From Octopus vulgaris (Eukaryota): a stretch of DNA of 64,000 nt. The stretch lies in assembly GCA_951406725.2 (NCBI GenBank), contig OX597821.1, positions 76,012,001 through 76,076,000 on the forward strand, read 5' to 3'. The position numbers and the translations under genes were made by a program. Positions 45,810 to 58,564 of this stretch are shown piece after piece. The stretch's first letter is position 1. Each line of letters begins with the position of its first letter. A model generated the notes under the pieces. It saw only the letters and a program-made list of their open reading frames with translations. It did no database searches and was not told the origin of the DNA.

Positions 45810-46539
45810 TTATTTGTCGGCAAATGCTTCTGGAGCTTTCTACCATATGAAAACAACATCGCAACAGAATCACATACGCCGTCAGCCTCCATCCTCCCAC
45901 AATTCCAGGGGATGCATACCTAGAACCTTAGAGAAACAGTCTTCTAAGGAAGTTATTTTTCACTACTTCCACATCACAAAATAATGTTTCTTTTACCAAT
46001 AGACTCCAGTACATTATGAACCCTTAATATTAAATTAACGCCATCGACCCATTTCGGTTATTTACTCATTTTATTTCTTTATTCTGCTAATTCTACTGGC
46101 TAAACACGTTTATAGTTGTCCCTTTCTGCAAACAAATATCCTTTAAACATATTAATTCAATTTAAGAGATTATTTTTTAATTTTTTGAAATTATTTCCCC
46201 TTTCGTTTGAAGGATGTTTACAATTGTCTCAAAATATTTACTTTCCCAATAAATGGGAGATTTAAACTAATTAAGAATTTTATGTTTACAATAATCGCTC
46301 ATTGCTCCCGAACATATTTCTTCAAATTCATGCTATTTGCCCATTTCAGTTACCTCCCTTTGCCTCTCTCACTTTTCACGTATTTTAATTATATTGGCCA
46401 AACAAATTAAACATAACGCTTTCTATACGTAAAAATCTTTCTCAATTTATCGGTAGGGATGACTGTATTATACTCAAACGGTCTAAATGCTAAAGCATAC
46501 CCATGGTTGTTTTTAAAAAATTGATTAAAAATATTGCTA

Positions 46540-47095
46540 CAGTCAAACAGATGAACTACAGGTAGAGGCTGAAAGAACTATGATTCAACTCCCTACAGCG
46601 CAGACGAGAGAGATATGTAATAATTTATATGTGGAAAGTACTGGAAGAGCTAGTACCCAGTTTTGCCATCAAGTGTTATGTGAATGCTCGTACTGTACGT
46701 ACGAGCATAGTACCGAAGCTATCGTTTAATGCATCTAATATAAGAACCATGTACTGCAATAGCCTAGGGTTCAGAGGACCATAGATCTTCAATGTTCGGT
46801 CAAAACACTTGAGAAACTTACATGATATAGATGTGGAAGTCTTCAAAAAGAAACTGGACTCACTCCTATCCACAATACCAGATGAATCGATGGCTCGACA
46901 TGAGGCACAGTTGAGGGCAGCAGTGTCAAACTCTCTCATACACCAGATGGGCCATCGACAATTTTGATGGGATCGCATTAGTCTGAGGAAAGTTACCACG
47001 GAAGGATTGTGGGAAGGGTACAAAGATAAAGAATGAAAAATCATGGTGGTGCTCCAGCATGACCACAGCCACATGGCTGAAACACATAAAAAAAA
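46540..47095 (+). mobile_element. 3' fragment of a CR1/Jockey-group LINE
   Basis: Reads RLKEL*FNSLQRRRERYVIIYMWKVLEELVP..FKKKLDSLLSTIPDE. Followed by ggtgctccagcatgaccacagc..gctgaaaca, which resembles the SINE A tail. Confidence 0.7.
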
Positions 47096-47252
47096 AGTCA
47101 CTTTAATAGCTTAATTTTCAATTTCCTAAGATACTTTGAAAGAAAGATGAAATCCTTCTGGGAGAACTTTTAATCTTCTTTTCTTTTTTTCTTTGAATGA
47201 GAGATACATTTCAATTAAACATATTCTTGCGCGCGGCACACACTACGTTCAC

Positions 47253-47449
47253 TTTTTACTTGTTCCAGTCATTAGACTGCCGTTCATGCTGGGGCACTGC
47301 TTTGAGGAATTTCAAATAAGCCTTGTACTCGTTCATTTGCCTAATCTGAAGAACCGCTGAATTACGGGAACGTAAACACACCAACACCGGTTCTGAAGTG
47401 CTGGTGAAGGACAAAAGCAGACACAAAACACATGCACGCAGATATATAC

Positions 47450-47502
<53 letters not shown>

Positions 47503-47623
47503 CCTAACCCATCTACCCGTGTCTATGCTCGAAAACACTGCCCAAGGTGCCAAGCAGTGGGACCGAACCATGAACCATGTGGCTGGGAAGCAAACTGCTT
47601 ACCACACAGCCACGTCTACGCCT
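47253..47623 (-). mobile_element. SINE family A, diverged
   Basis: Head ..cttaccacacagccacgtctacgcc and tail ttttacttgttccagtcattagactgc. Confidence 0.75.
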
Positions 47624-47930
47624 ATACGCCATTTATTTATCCAAATTCCTGTTTATTGTTTCATTAGACTTATTTCCTTGAGATTTTTTTGTTTTTGTTT
47701 TTTTCTCTACTCAACTTTGCTTTATACGCATATTTGACTTCCAAAATAATTAGCCGTTATTATTTTTCCACTACATTAATTTCTTTTAAAACTCTTCCTC
47801 TATGATATGTTACAATATGACTTTATACATATATTAAGGTTATGCAAATACAAGTCCTTACTTTCTCAGAAGCTCCTTCTTTTTTTTTTTTTTTTTTTGC
47901 TCTGAACTTTTTCAACTTTCTAGTTTACAT

Positions 47931-48182
47931 CACTGGTTCTCAACCGGGGTCCACATGACCCTTCAGCTTCCATTGGTATTCTGCTGTTATAATTTATGTA
48001 CAATACATTGGCTATACCTCTACAATGCACAAAATATTTTAACAATTTGTACGTTCGACTTCTTGTAAGATATAATTAAAATATATAATTAGGTGTTTTA
48101 AACATAGAATAGCTGTGAGGGTTCATTCCAGTACAATGAGAATCAAAGGGTACCATAGGTGAAAATTGGTCGACACTCATTG
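47931..48182. mobile_element. hAT (Charlie-like) MITE, decayed
   Basis: Left end cactggttctcaacc and degenerate right end ggtcgacactcattg. 8-bp TSD gtttacat (47923-47930) / gtttagat (48183-48190). Confidence 0.65.
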
Positions 48183-48578
48183 GTTTAGATAACATTTCGA
48201 CGTGTTGTCACTCTATCGTTCACAGACTTTTGTTTTGTTGTTTTCCTGCTTTATAGAAAGCCTTTTCTACAGAGTTCTTTCGAAGTTTCAGTGACGGTGA
48301 AATTAGTTGTAATGTGAAACCTTATTTTATATTTCAACCTTATATCACTGCATGAGGTTATGTCACGTACTGACCTTACAATTCCAGAACAGAGGTATAA
48401 AGTTTAAAAGTTCCTTTCTCGTGTCATACCGGTTTCCCGGTTCTCTGGCGTATAAATTCTCCCAATAGTGCGGGACGCCCCTTCGTCGTAGGAACAGAGA
48501 TACAGAGAAGTAAGGAAATTTACGGATTGATAGAGGGATTTGCTGAATGACATTAACAAATGTTATATCGTGTATAGC

Positions 48579-48760
48579 GAGTATAATCACTCTTAGCTTT
48601 CGTAACCAGAGTATAATCAGTCTTAGCTTTCGTAACCAGAGTATAATCACTCTTAGCTTTCGTAACCAGAGCATAATCACTCTAGGCTTTCATAACCAGA
48701 GTATAATCACTCTTAGCTTTCGTAAACAGAGTATAATCACTCTTAGCTTTTGTAACCAGA
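48579..48760. repeat. 30-bp minisatellite, 6 copies
   Basis: Unit gagtataatcactcttagctttcgtaacca. Confidence 0.95.
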
Positions 48761-49259
48761 ATTGAAGATTTTTTTAGTTTATTTTCTAATAATTTCCGCT
48801 ATCGCACAACAGTAAGCAGAAGCACAACCATGAATGGCTTGGTCGCGTATCTCAATCCTTGAACTAATTTCAGTCTGATAAGTATTTTATTGCTCTCTAT
48901 TGGTCGAACTGCTACAAACTGGGAAATAAACGTTCACAAACATCGTACGTTCACAGACCAAGATAAACACAAGCCCATACAACGATATACATAAACATGA
49001 GTACATGCAGATATAATTTTAAGAATATTTTCTGTTCTTAATAGAATCAAAGCCTACCATTAGCAACGTAATAAAAATTATTTTGTCTGAGAGTTGCAAG
49101 GACTAGAAATTTCTGCATTTGGGATTATGTTTATAGATACGTGTGAGATGCAAGCAGGAGGGACGATATGCATAAGTATTAATGTAAGGGTGTGTAAGAT
49201 ATGCTGTGAGCTATCCTATACATGTCCATTATACATCAAAGAATCATATTTATCCCAGG

Positions 49260-50815
49260 ATATTCCATAATTTCCAGATTCCTGCAGAAAAAACAGAAGA
49301 GGGAAAGAGAGAGAACCCAGGGCAGTTAAGAATATGAAAAGAATCCTAAATCCATCTACAATTTGCAAAAGATTCTACTTCAGAGCGCTACAAGATAGAG
49401 CCACTGTTTGAAGAAAATAGCTCACTAACTGCAGGTCCTGTAGGGGTAAGTGGAATTCTAAATAAACAATTCCAAAAGGTTTACACCCCATCCCCGCCCA
49501 CCGGAAACATGCAAATAAACAAACCTAATGAGTTCTTCAACATCACAGCTCAACATAAGAAAAGGGCAACCATCGACATGAAGGAAGAGGACATGATATT
49601 AGCCATTGATGAGATGAGTTCGAACTCAACAACGGCCTGAGATAGATTTTCGGCTGTTCTTTTAGAGACATGTAAAAATAAAAGTTCTCGTAAAATCACT
49701 GCAGATACTTTTTCAGAGATTCTTTGTATATTGTAAGCTCATTAGAATATTTAAAAGAAAACAATATGCCTTGTCTACAGAGGAGGAAGCAGAGCAGATG
49801 CTAGAATTTACAGGAGAACTATCTTTCTGAGCTCGCATGTTAATAAGGTTATTGAACTCGTTGTTAGAAGGAGATTCATTAGGTTCCTAGAGGAAAATAG
49901 CTTGCTCACAAACACGACAACATGGCTTCCGTCCTCTGCGGTGCTGCCTCACTCATCAACTACATCATTTTGACTGAATAGTGAATCAACAACGCAACCA
50001 CTCAAATGTGGATGTGATATATCTCGACTTTGCCAAGAAATTTGACAAAGTTGATCATGAGATGATGCATCACAAACTGCATGGTCATGGTATCGCTGGA
50101 AAACTGGGTAAGTGGCAGCAGGGCGTTTTGGTCTATGGAGTTCACTCTGAGGAGATATAAACTCTCAACAGATTTCCTCAGGGAACAGTACTGGGCGCAC
50201 TTCCGCTTGATATGGCCCTCTCAGACTTTCCCTCACCCATTCAGTCGGCCACTCCCACCAGCTGTGCTAATGACGCGAAAGTATCGTAGGCGGTCAAGGG
50301 CCATAAGGACAACCTAAAACTACAGAAAGACCTGAATGCATATACAAGAGGGCTGATGAAAATACATTTCAATGTCGAGAAGATGCAACCACTCTACTAC
50401 CGGCTCACAAACAGTCTACAATCGGAATACACAGGACCAAAGGTTAGTGCAATTCCGGAGTAGATTTGGGGCGTGATTTGGTCAGATTTGGCGCGTGACC
50501 TCGGAATTCACATGAGTAATGATGCAACATTCCATCTGCATATAACGATGATGGTAATACTGTGCAAATGTGCAGCTGAATGAATTCTGAGATCATTCAG
50601 AAACAGAAAGGATACCTTGCTTCATCTGTGGAGAACATTTGTTCTCAGTCAACTGGATTACCACCTGAAAAAGTGATCTCCAAAAGGTGGCAAACTAACT
50701 GTGGGATTACAGCAAATCCAGCACCACTACACACAGAAATCGAGTCGGTGCAACACGTAAGCGAATGGGAGAGTCTAATGAAACTTAAAGTCTACTCCTT
50801 ACAAAGAAGACGTGA
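49260..50815 (+). mobile_element. Decayed CR1/Jockey-group LINE reverse transcriptase region
   Basis: Frameshifted motifs QHGFRP.RCCLT, NVDVIYLDFAKKFDKVDH, PQGTVLG, RDLGIHMS and LKVYSLQRRRE; same type as 46540-47095. Confidence 0.8.
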
Positions 50816-50910
<95 letters not shown>

Positions 50911-51245
50911 TGTATGTGTTTGTGTGTGTGTGTGTGTGTGTTCGAAATACGAGACTAGAAAAACACCCAACAAGTGATGAAGGGTCGTTCTTTATGTTGT
51001 TTGTTTTGTTTTCCATTTGTGTCTTTCGTTGTTCGAAAGAATAGTTCATGTTCCATGTACTCGTGCTTCGTACTTTTTGTTGTACACGTTTCGTGACGTC
51101 CTGTGCCCACATATGCATATATATATACGTATAGATGTATGTACATATACGTATGTATATTATTATGTATATACATATACGTATGTATATTATGTATATA
51201 TGCAAAAATATATATATATGTTATTTTTATTATATATATATATAT

Positions 51246-51323
<78 letters not shown>

Positions 51324-51658
51324 GGATGGATAGTTAGATAGACAGACAGACAGGCAAACAGATAGATAGATAGGCAAGGAAATCATTCTCTATCTTTAAA
51401 AAACTTTTAATGATATTCTAGTATTGATTTTATTAAAAAGAAAACTTGATGACCAACAGCAACTAAAACTGAATAAAATATATGAAAAAAATCGATGTCA
51501 AACTATTGATTTCTCTCCAGCAAATAAAACTTCCAAACATATAAAAACTGTACAAGTCGTCAAACAAACGATCTACAAAAAAAACCATAATATCAACAAA
51601 AACATCATCATTAACAACAATAACAACAGCAACAACGACAACATTAATGATGATGAAG

Positions 51659-51725
<67 letters not shown>

Positions 51726-53825
51726 TAATAATAATGAAGGTATGAATTTGTGTAATTTGATGTTGTTGCTATTGTTGTTTTGGTGTCAGCGTTGTTTTAA
51801 TTACCAAATAAGTATTGTTAGTAAACCATCAGCTTTATCATCTTATTTGAAATAGTCGCTTTGAGCAGCAATAAAAGAAGAGATACGCCCTTTTAACTGG
51901 GCTGTTCAAAGTACAGAGATAATTTTTATAATCCTTAGTTATCCACCACTTTCGTCGTGTTTATGCTACATCATATCCTCTCATTCCCTCCATCACCCTC
52001 CACCTTCTCTTCGCTCTATGTCTGCCTCTCTCTCTCTCTCTCTCACTCACATACCAATACACACCTACACACACATACATACGCATCCACCCAATCACCC
52101 CAACACCCACACTGCTCTTTTTTTCCCCTCTCTGTCTCTTTTAAACATACTTTCAACTAGTATATGCAATGTTTACTCGGAGGTGTGATGTTCGATGTTC
52201 CATTTATGTCTTTATAATTCATTTATCCGTTGAACGTTATACGAATTTTATTTTACAAAAAAAAAAAAAAAAAAACGAAAAAGACATACAAACACTGACT
52301 TTTACAGTTTTGTTTAATCTATCGGAAATTTTAATATTCCAGTTAATTTATCGTTGATTTATTTATTTTGTTAAGCTTATGTTTCGAAGAGTCCTATTGG
52401 ATAAAGCTTTTCCTTCGAAGTCACCTATAAGTTAAAAATTCCATATATTTCTGTTATGTTAGAATTAGTAAGAAGTTTATGTGACTTAGTTGACTTCGAT
52501 ACTTGCTTTATAATTACATAATAAGGCTGTCCTCTGGTTCAGAATAAAACCATATCTTTAGGATATCTGAGAAGATGAGATTTCCCGGCAACTAAGCTAG
52601 TCATTAACAGACCTAAGAAGGAGAATAATGGCAAAGATGCTAATAGAAAAGTGGAGAAGTGTGTTGTGATTTAAAATTTATTCGTCTCATCAAAGAATAT
52701 TCAGAAACTGAAGAATATCACGTCAACAGTAACTTTCTTTAACACATTGCTCTCATCCGTGGGAATTTTTTTCCACCCAACAACGTAGCTAATTGAAGAT
52801 GAAGAGATGCGGAAATGATGGCGGGATTAATCCTATTCCCACCAATAGAACTCCACAGAATGGTTTTCTTAATATATTTGGAGAAAATCTTAAATATAGG
52901 AGCAGTATTTATGTACAAATAGCAGGAAATATGTTTTTTAAATTATTTATTAACCTCAGAGTTCTAAAAAACGAACCGAAGAACATCGCCTTCATGAGAC
53001 TCACAGTAAGTCTCATATCTTTTGGCTCATCTTTTCGAGTAGTGTTATTAAGCAGGTGATCGTGTATAGCTTATTCTTCTTGATTTTTTAAAAATATGTA
53101 TTTTAACCGCTTGAAGGAACGAGGTAAAAACAGAGAGAGAGAGAGAGAGAGTATGATGTGATTTAAAGGTCTTCATCTCCTTTCATCGAAGATGCTCTCA
53201 AATTGTTAGAGCTAAAGAAAGCAATAACTCCCACAACTCATGCAGTCTTTTCAATTCTTAGTTCAAATAACAACGACCAGAATGCAATATGACACCAAGG
53301 CAATCAGCTTTTGCCAAATTCACCATATTTCTTTCAAGGTCAATTTTCTTCTAAATATCTTTTGCGTAATTGTCTTCTCTAAACGTAAATTTTCCTTTTT
53401 ACTTTGTTCATACGAAGGACATCTAAAATAACAAGAAGACGTTTAAAACCAGCGACGGCGGTTTTGGCAAGGTACACTTTTGTTAATGATCTGGCTCTTA
53501 TCAGCTTATTAAGACTATAGCACTGAACACTAGCAACTCTACATCTTGTCTTCTTAACAGCCAACAAAGTTCTTCAGAAGCGGCTACGTTTAGTACAATC
53601 TTATAAATGTAGACATTCGAGATTCCATCCTAAGATAGGTCACTCAAGCGATTACCATGAAGTTTCCCTCTGATAAATACCATCCTCTAGTCAACACTTG
53701 TGTATCTCTAATACTTAATCTATCGTTCTCTCTTGCCGAACCACCAGGTTACAGGGACGTAAAGAATAAACTCCGATGACCAAGCAATGGTGGAGGACAT
53801 ACACAAACACGCACAGATATCTACG

Positions 53826-53919
<94 letters not shown>

Positions 53920-53926
53920 TACATAC

Positions 53927-53992
<66 letters not shown>

Positions 53993-54051
53993 ACGTTCGT
54001 TTTATGTTATAATAAAGACAACATTGCATTTAACTAGAAGCTAAGAATTGC

Positions 54052-54484
54052 TTTGATTCTCATTTCTAGCAATGCTGGTACTTACCGGTACCCTCCATCA
54101 CTTAAGTGACGACTTTACTTGCTTCCTATTGGTTCTAAATTGCGAATAGCCACCTTAGTAATTCATAATTCTCACTTCACCATTTTCGACACCAGTTGAT
54201 GTTTTTTATGGTGTTCTCTATAAAGCTGACAAGGTGACTTAGGTTTTTTAACCCTCGGCGACGAAGTAATGTGTCACCGGTGAAGACTGATTAAATCTGA
54301 AATCAGCGCTGATACTACTCCATCTCGTTTGTTGCAGGGAGGAATCATGTATCCATTATCAGCCGTTAGGAAAGTGCTCCTCACGTGGCTACGAGTTGTT
54401 TGACTCTTATTTCCAGCAATGCTTCTGCTCGCTAGCATTCTCCGTCACTTTAGTGATGACTGTACTTATTGCCTATCGGTTCTA
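54052..54484 (+). mobile_element. Retrozyme-like partial tandem repeat (347-bp period) with a degenerate hammerhead
   Basis: 86-bp imperfect direct repeats at 54052-54137 and 54399-54484. GTGAAGA-ctgattaaatct-GAA-ATCAGCGCTGAT-A at 54280-54314. Confidence 0.55.
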
Positions 54485-54570
54485 TATATACACACTTACA
54501 TATATATGTTAAATAAAATGTGACAACAAAGTCAAGGCAGTGTGAAATTTCTAGAACATTAATAAAGGTA

Positions 54571-54618
54571 GTTTTACAGCTGTTTCAGAGATATGAAGGA
54601 CACCCCTTCATCAGAGAC
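54571..54618 (-). ncRNA. Minimal type I hammerhead ribozyme motif
   Basis: Minus strand: gtct-CTGATGA-AGGGGTGT-ccttc-ATATCTCT-GAA-ACAGCTGT-A-aaac. Intact core and palindromic helix III; helix I has one mismatch. Confidence 0.7.
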
Positions 54619-54701
54619 GATATGAGAGAGTTAAATAGCGGGAAATAGTAGAGTTCAATATAAGAAGTTATTTTGGAAAGATGAGATATAGGAAGTATCA
54701 A

Positions 54702-54743
<42 letters not shown>

Positions 54744-54816
54744 CGTAATAATTTTTTGCGTAATAAGATAAAAACCAAGGCTGTGTAGATATCAGAACAT
54801 TTATAGATAGAACATT

Positions 54817-54860
<44 letters not shown>

Positions 54861-54879
54861 GAGAGAGAGAGAGCTAGGA

Positions 54880-54941
<62 letters not shown>

Positions 54942-55323
54942 ATTTTAAAGATCAAAAAGGAGCTCATCTGAGTCTTTTCACCTGCTGCGTGACTAGCAAA
55001 TAAAACTTTGATTAAGGTTAGAATGTAACCTTATCGACTTTCTGCGAATGCTGGAATAACAATGGTGGAGGGTATATATATAAACTGGTAAGATACGAAA
55101 GAGACAACAGAAGTTTCTTCCATTTGTTGACTGTTGTTTTGGCATCTGTGTCACTGACATAGGAGGCGCTACATCATCCATCACACAGTCACACATATAT
55201 GAATGAATATACATATGTGTATGTGTATGTGTGGGAAATATATATATATACTCTTTTACTCTCTCTTTACTCTTTTACTTGTTTCAGTTATTTGACTGTG
55301 GCCATGCTTGAGCATCGCCTTGA

Positions 55324-55885
55324 GTCGGAAATTAATTAGCACTTCTCAAATTTCTACATTTTCTTACATTTTCTTAATTTAATTAACTTATTATCAGAAA
55401 CGAACTCGTTTTTAATCAAAAATTTATTAAAACATATCCCAGCACACCACATAATTGTTATTAATCGTGAAATTTTGTCAATATCTTGTTGCTCCTCCTT
55501 TGGCAGCAATGACAGCTGCTACGCGGGTCGGCATGCTGTCTATGAGTGCCTGCAGGTACTGTGCAGGGATGGCCCCTCATGCAGCAAGAAGTGCCCCAAA
55601 CAGCTCGTGTCGGTTCCTGTATTGCTGCACATTCAAATCCCTACCCAATCGACTCCAGAGGTTCTCAATAGGGTTCAGGTCAGGTGACTGGCCAGCACGT
55701 ACTCCTCGCCACCAAAGAGGTATCCCGTACTATCTCAACGTACTTTGCTGCGTTGATGTTGCCTTCGACGGCTTAGAGCCGCCCAACACCACTATAGCTG
55801 AACGCCCCTCACACCATCAGACCACCCCCACCATGCTTCATGGTGAGCAAATCAAGGGTGCTAATTAATTTCTGACGGTAGTGTA
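55324..55885 (-). mobile_element. Internally deleted Tc1 (DD34E) transposon
   Basis: TIRs gtcggaaattaattagcac / gtgctaattaatttctgacggtagtg-TA. Minus strand encodes GQSPDLNPIENLW and ..MPTRVAAVIAAKGGATRY*. Confidence 0.85.
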
Positions 55886-56405
55886 TATATATATATATAT
55901 ATAAAACGAGACAGAGAGCGTTAGGATATCAGAATCTGGTGTTTTAACTTCAGATTCCATTTGAAAAATATTCTGAGGTGAATTCAATAATATTCAGAGA
56001 TCGACAGAAATTTGTTTATTTCTTTTATAATTACTTTATTTCTTATCCGATCCTTTCTGTTTCATTTGTATTAAAACCCGTGACGGCTTCTGATTAATAT
56101 AACAAAGAATCCATGATTATCAGTGATATAAATCAGTCATTTAGGAGAAACATCGCTGAAAATGAGTTTAACTTAAAATAATCTATTACGTATCTTAATG
56201 ACGTGATTTGGGAATTAATGATGGTTATTAGCTAATGAAACAGCTGTTGAGCACAATTAACTTATGAACTATTTGTGTAATTTATGGTTTTCTGCTTTTA
56301 TACTCTTTCTGTCTTCATATCTATCTATCTATCGGTTTATCTATTTGCCCGATTGTCTGTCTATCTGCCTGTCTTTCTCTCTGTATATTTATATATATAT
56401 ATGTA

Positions 56406-56441
<36 letters not shown>

Positions 56442-56669
56442 CGTGTGTGTGTATGTGTATAAATATATATATATGTATATATATAGAGAGAGAGAGAGGT
56501 AAGCAGAGTTAGCGGTTGTAATAACTGTGGAATAATAGTATCCGTTGTTACTATCGGTATCAATTACCTATGCTATCCCTGGCCATGGGTATGCAGGCAC
56601 ACTATGCCCATAGGGTTCAGGTAATAGCAGAATAAACAAAAGTTTATCTGGAATCAAATCTAAATAATC

Positions 56670-57031
56670 AGAAAATGGAGAAAACTTTGATCAAGAAACA
56701 AACAAACTGACCAACATCGGTTGATTATTTTTTTAATACAAAACATGATATTACATTTCTTACGGCCGTTTCCGCTTCCAATGTTAGTCGGTGCGAACGA
56801 AAGAAATTCCGAAAAAAACATTCGTCATCTTTATAGCATATTCACTCCATGTACTGGATCGAACATGCTATAAAGATGACGAATATTATCTTCGGAATTT
56901 CTTTCGTAAGCACTGACTAACATTGGAAGCGGAAACAACCGTAAGAAATGTAATGTCATGTTTTGTATTAAAAAATAGTCAACCGATGTTGGTCAGTTTG
57001 TTGGGTTTTTTTATCAAACGTTTTCTCCGTT

Positions 57032-57035
<4 letters not shown>
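56670..57035. repeat. ~365-bp near-perfect palindrome (foldback element)
   Basis: Arms agaaaatggagaaaac..ctgaccaacatcggttg..ctttatagcat and atgctataaag..caaccgatgttggtcag..gttttctccgttttct, centred at ~56851. Confidence 0.9.
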
Positions 57036-57115
<80 letters not shown>

Positions 57116-58105
57116 GAATATGCATATATGTTTGTATGTATGTTTGTATACAAAGGGAATTCCTGAGTGCCGACGTTTTAAGGAGGAGGAAGTGAGCTAA
57201 TCGGTTATGTGAAAGTGGTTGACTATGCTCTACATGTGTATAGATATGCACACCTATATGCATATATATATGTACAACACGCGCACGTACACATTAACAC
57301 ATAAACACGCACATATACATTTATAAATGCATTTATATATTGATTTTACTCAATGCCACATCTCAAAGCATTAAACATCAAGTGAACAGAAAGTATTCCT
57401 AAGCTTTACTTGAAGTCATAATGCATTATTGTTAATGTCTGATACCCCGCCAATAGTCTCGTACTTCTTTCTCGTACTCGCCTTTACCGTTTTATTAATT
57501 TATTTTTCTTTCCTGTTTGCTTCTATTCAATTGTTCAAAATCAGAACAGTAAAACCACTCAATTTTTTTTGTTTTTTAAATTTAAATCAACAAATACTAT
57601 TTCTTTCTTTAATTATAACAACAGATAACAAGCAGATCGTTTTTAATTAGGTTTTGCACCATAGGAGAAAAACAAAACAGAAAATTAAAATAAAATGTAG
57701 TTTAGAATGATTGTGTCTAGCAGGATAAATAAGCGAAGTAGAACTAGACTGTTAGTCCATCCTCCCTAATGAAACTCGTAATTGAATCTTTAATTAATTC
57801 TTTTTTTTTTTTCGAGTACTTGTATATTTTGACTTTTTCGAACGATGAAATATATGTTCAGTCGTCTACAATACGTGATCGAAACTATATCCAGCTATTT
57901 TTTTCTCTTTTTGCTTAAACCACGTAACAGTAATTTCTGGTTTCAGTTAAATAATTAATACGCCTCTGAAGAATACAAAGTTGTCTGTTGTCCTACATCA
58001 CTTACATTTTGCTGAAACTGATTTGGGAACTATAGAATGGTGTTGTTCATGGCGTCTGGTGTTATGCATTACCTCAGGTTTTGCTGTTAAACCTCAGACA
58101 AGTAT

Positions 58106-58564
58106 TTAATGTGACATTCCTATAGAAAGGAAGATAGCTAATGTTATTTAACCCTAGGAAACACCGTTTCCTGTTGGACTTGGCACATTTCCTGTGTCTA
58201 TATGTTCTCAAAGTGGAGACAAGCACCTCCACCCAGCAAAGCTAGCACCCAGAGACTAGTTTCAGAGACATTGCTCATCATCAGTCTGGAGTAGCATGGT
58301 TTGCTAGCTGTCGATGCTTATCCGCCCTTGAAAACATATATTTCAAGTGAAATACATTCACTGAATTTTGAAAATAGTAATAATATATTTCTAAATCTCT
58401 GAAAGAGATTTATGCAGTTGCAGCACGATAAAGTGATAGTATGTTGTCAACTTAATGTGAAAATCCCATGAAAGGGAAGAATGCTACTGTTATTTAGCCC
58501 TAGGAAACACCATTTCCTGTTAGACTTGACACATTTCCTATGCCCCTATGTTTTCAAAGTGGAG
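58106..58564 (-). mobile_element. Non-LTR retrozyme-like element: ~1.3 copies of a 346-bp monomer containing a hammerhead
   Basis: 113-bp imperfect direct repeats at 58106-58218 and 58452-58564. Hammerhead at 58249-58289. Confidence 0.7.
58249..58289 (-). ncRNA. Type I hammerhead ribozyme, intact core
   Basis: Minus strand: CCAGA-CTGATGA-t-GAG-caatgt-CTC-t-GAA-ACTAGT-C-TCTGG. GUC cleavage triplet and palindromic helix III. Helix I is extended by agctagca/tgctagct beyond an internal loop. Confidence 0.8.

Noticed and set aside
48579-48760. 30-bp repeats as a CRISPR array
   Set aside because: The units are contiguous with no unique spacers, and the context is eukaryotic.
56195-56252. GAAACAGCTGTT half-motif
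   Set aside because: The upstream core is only ttaatga and helices I and II are not convincing; counted only as a weak relic.
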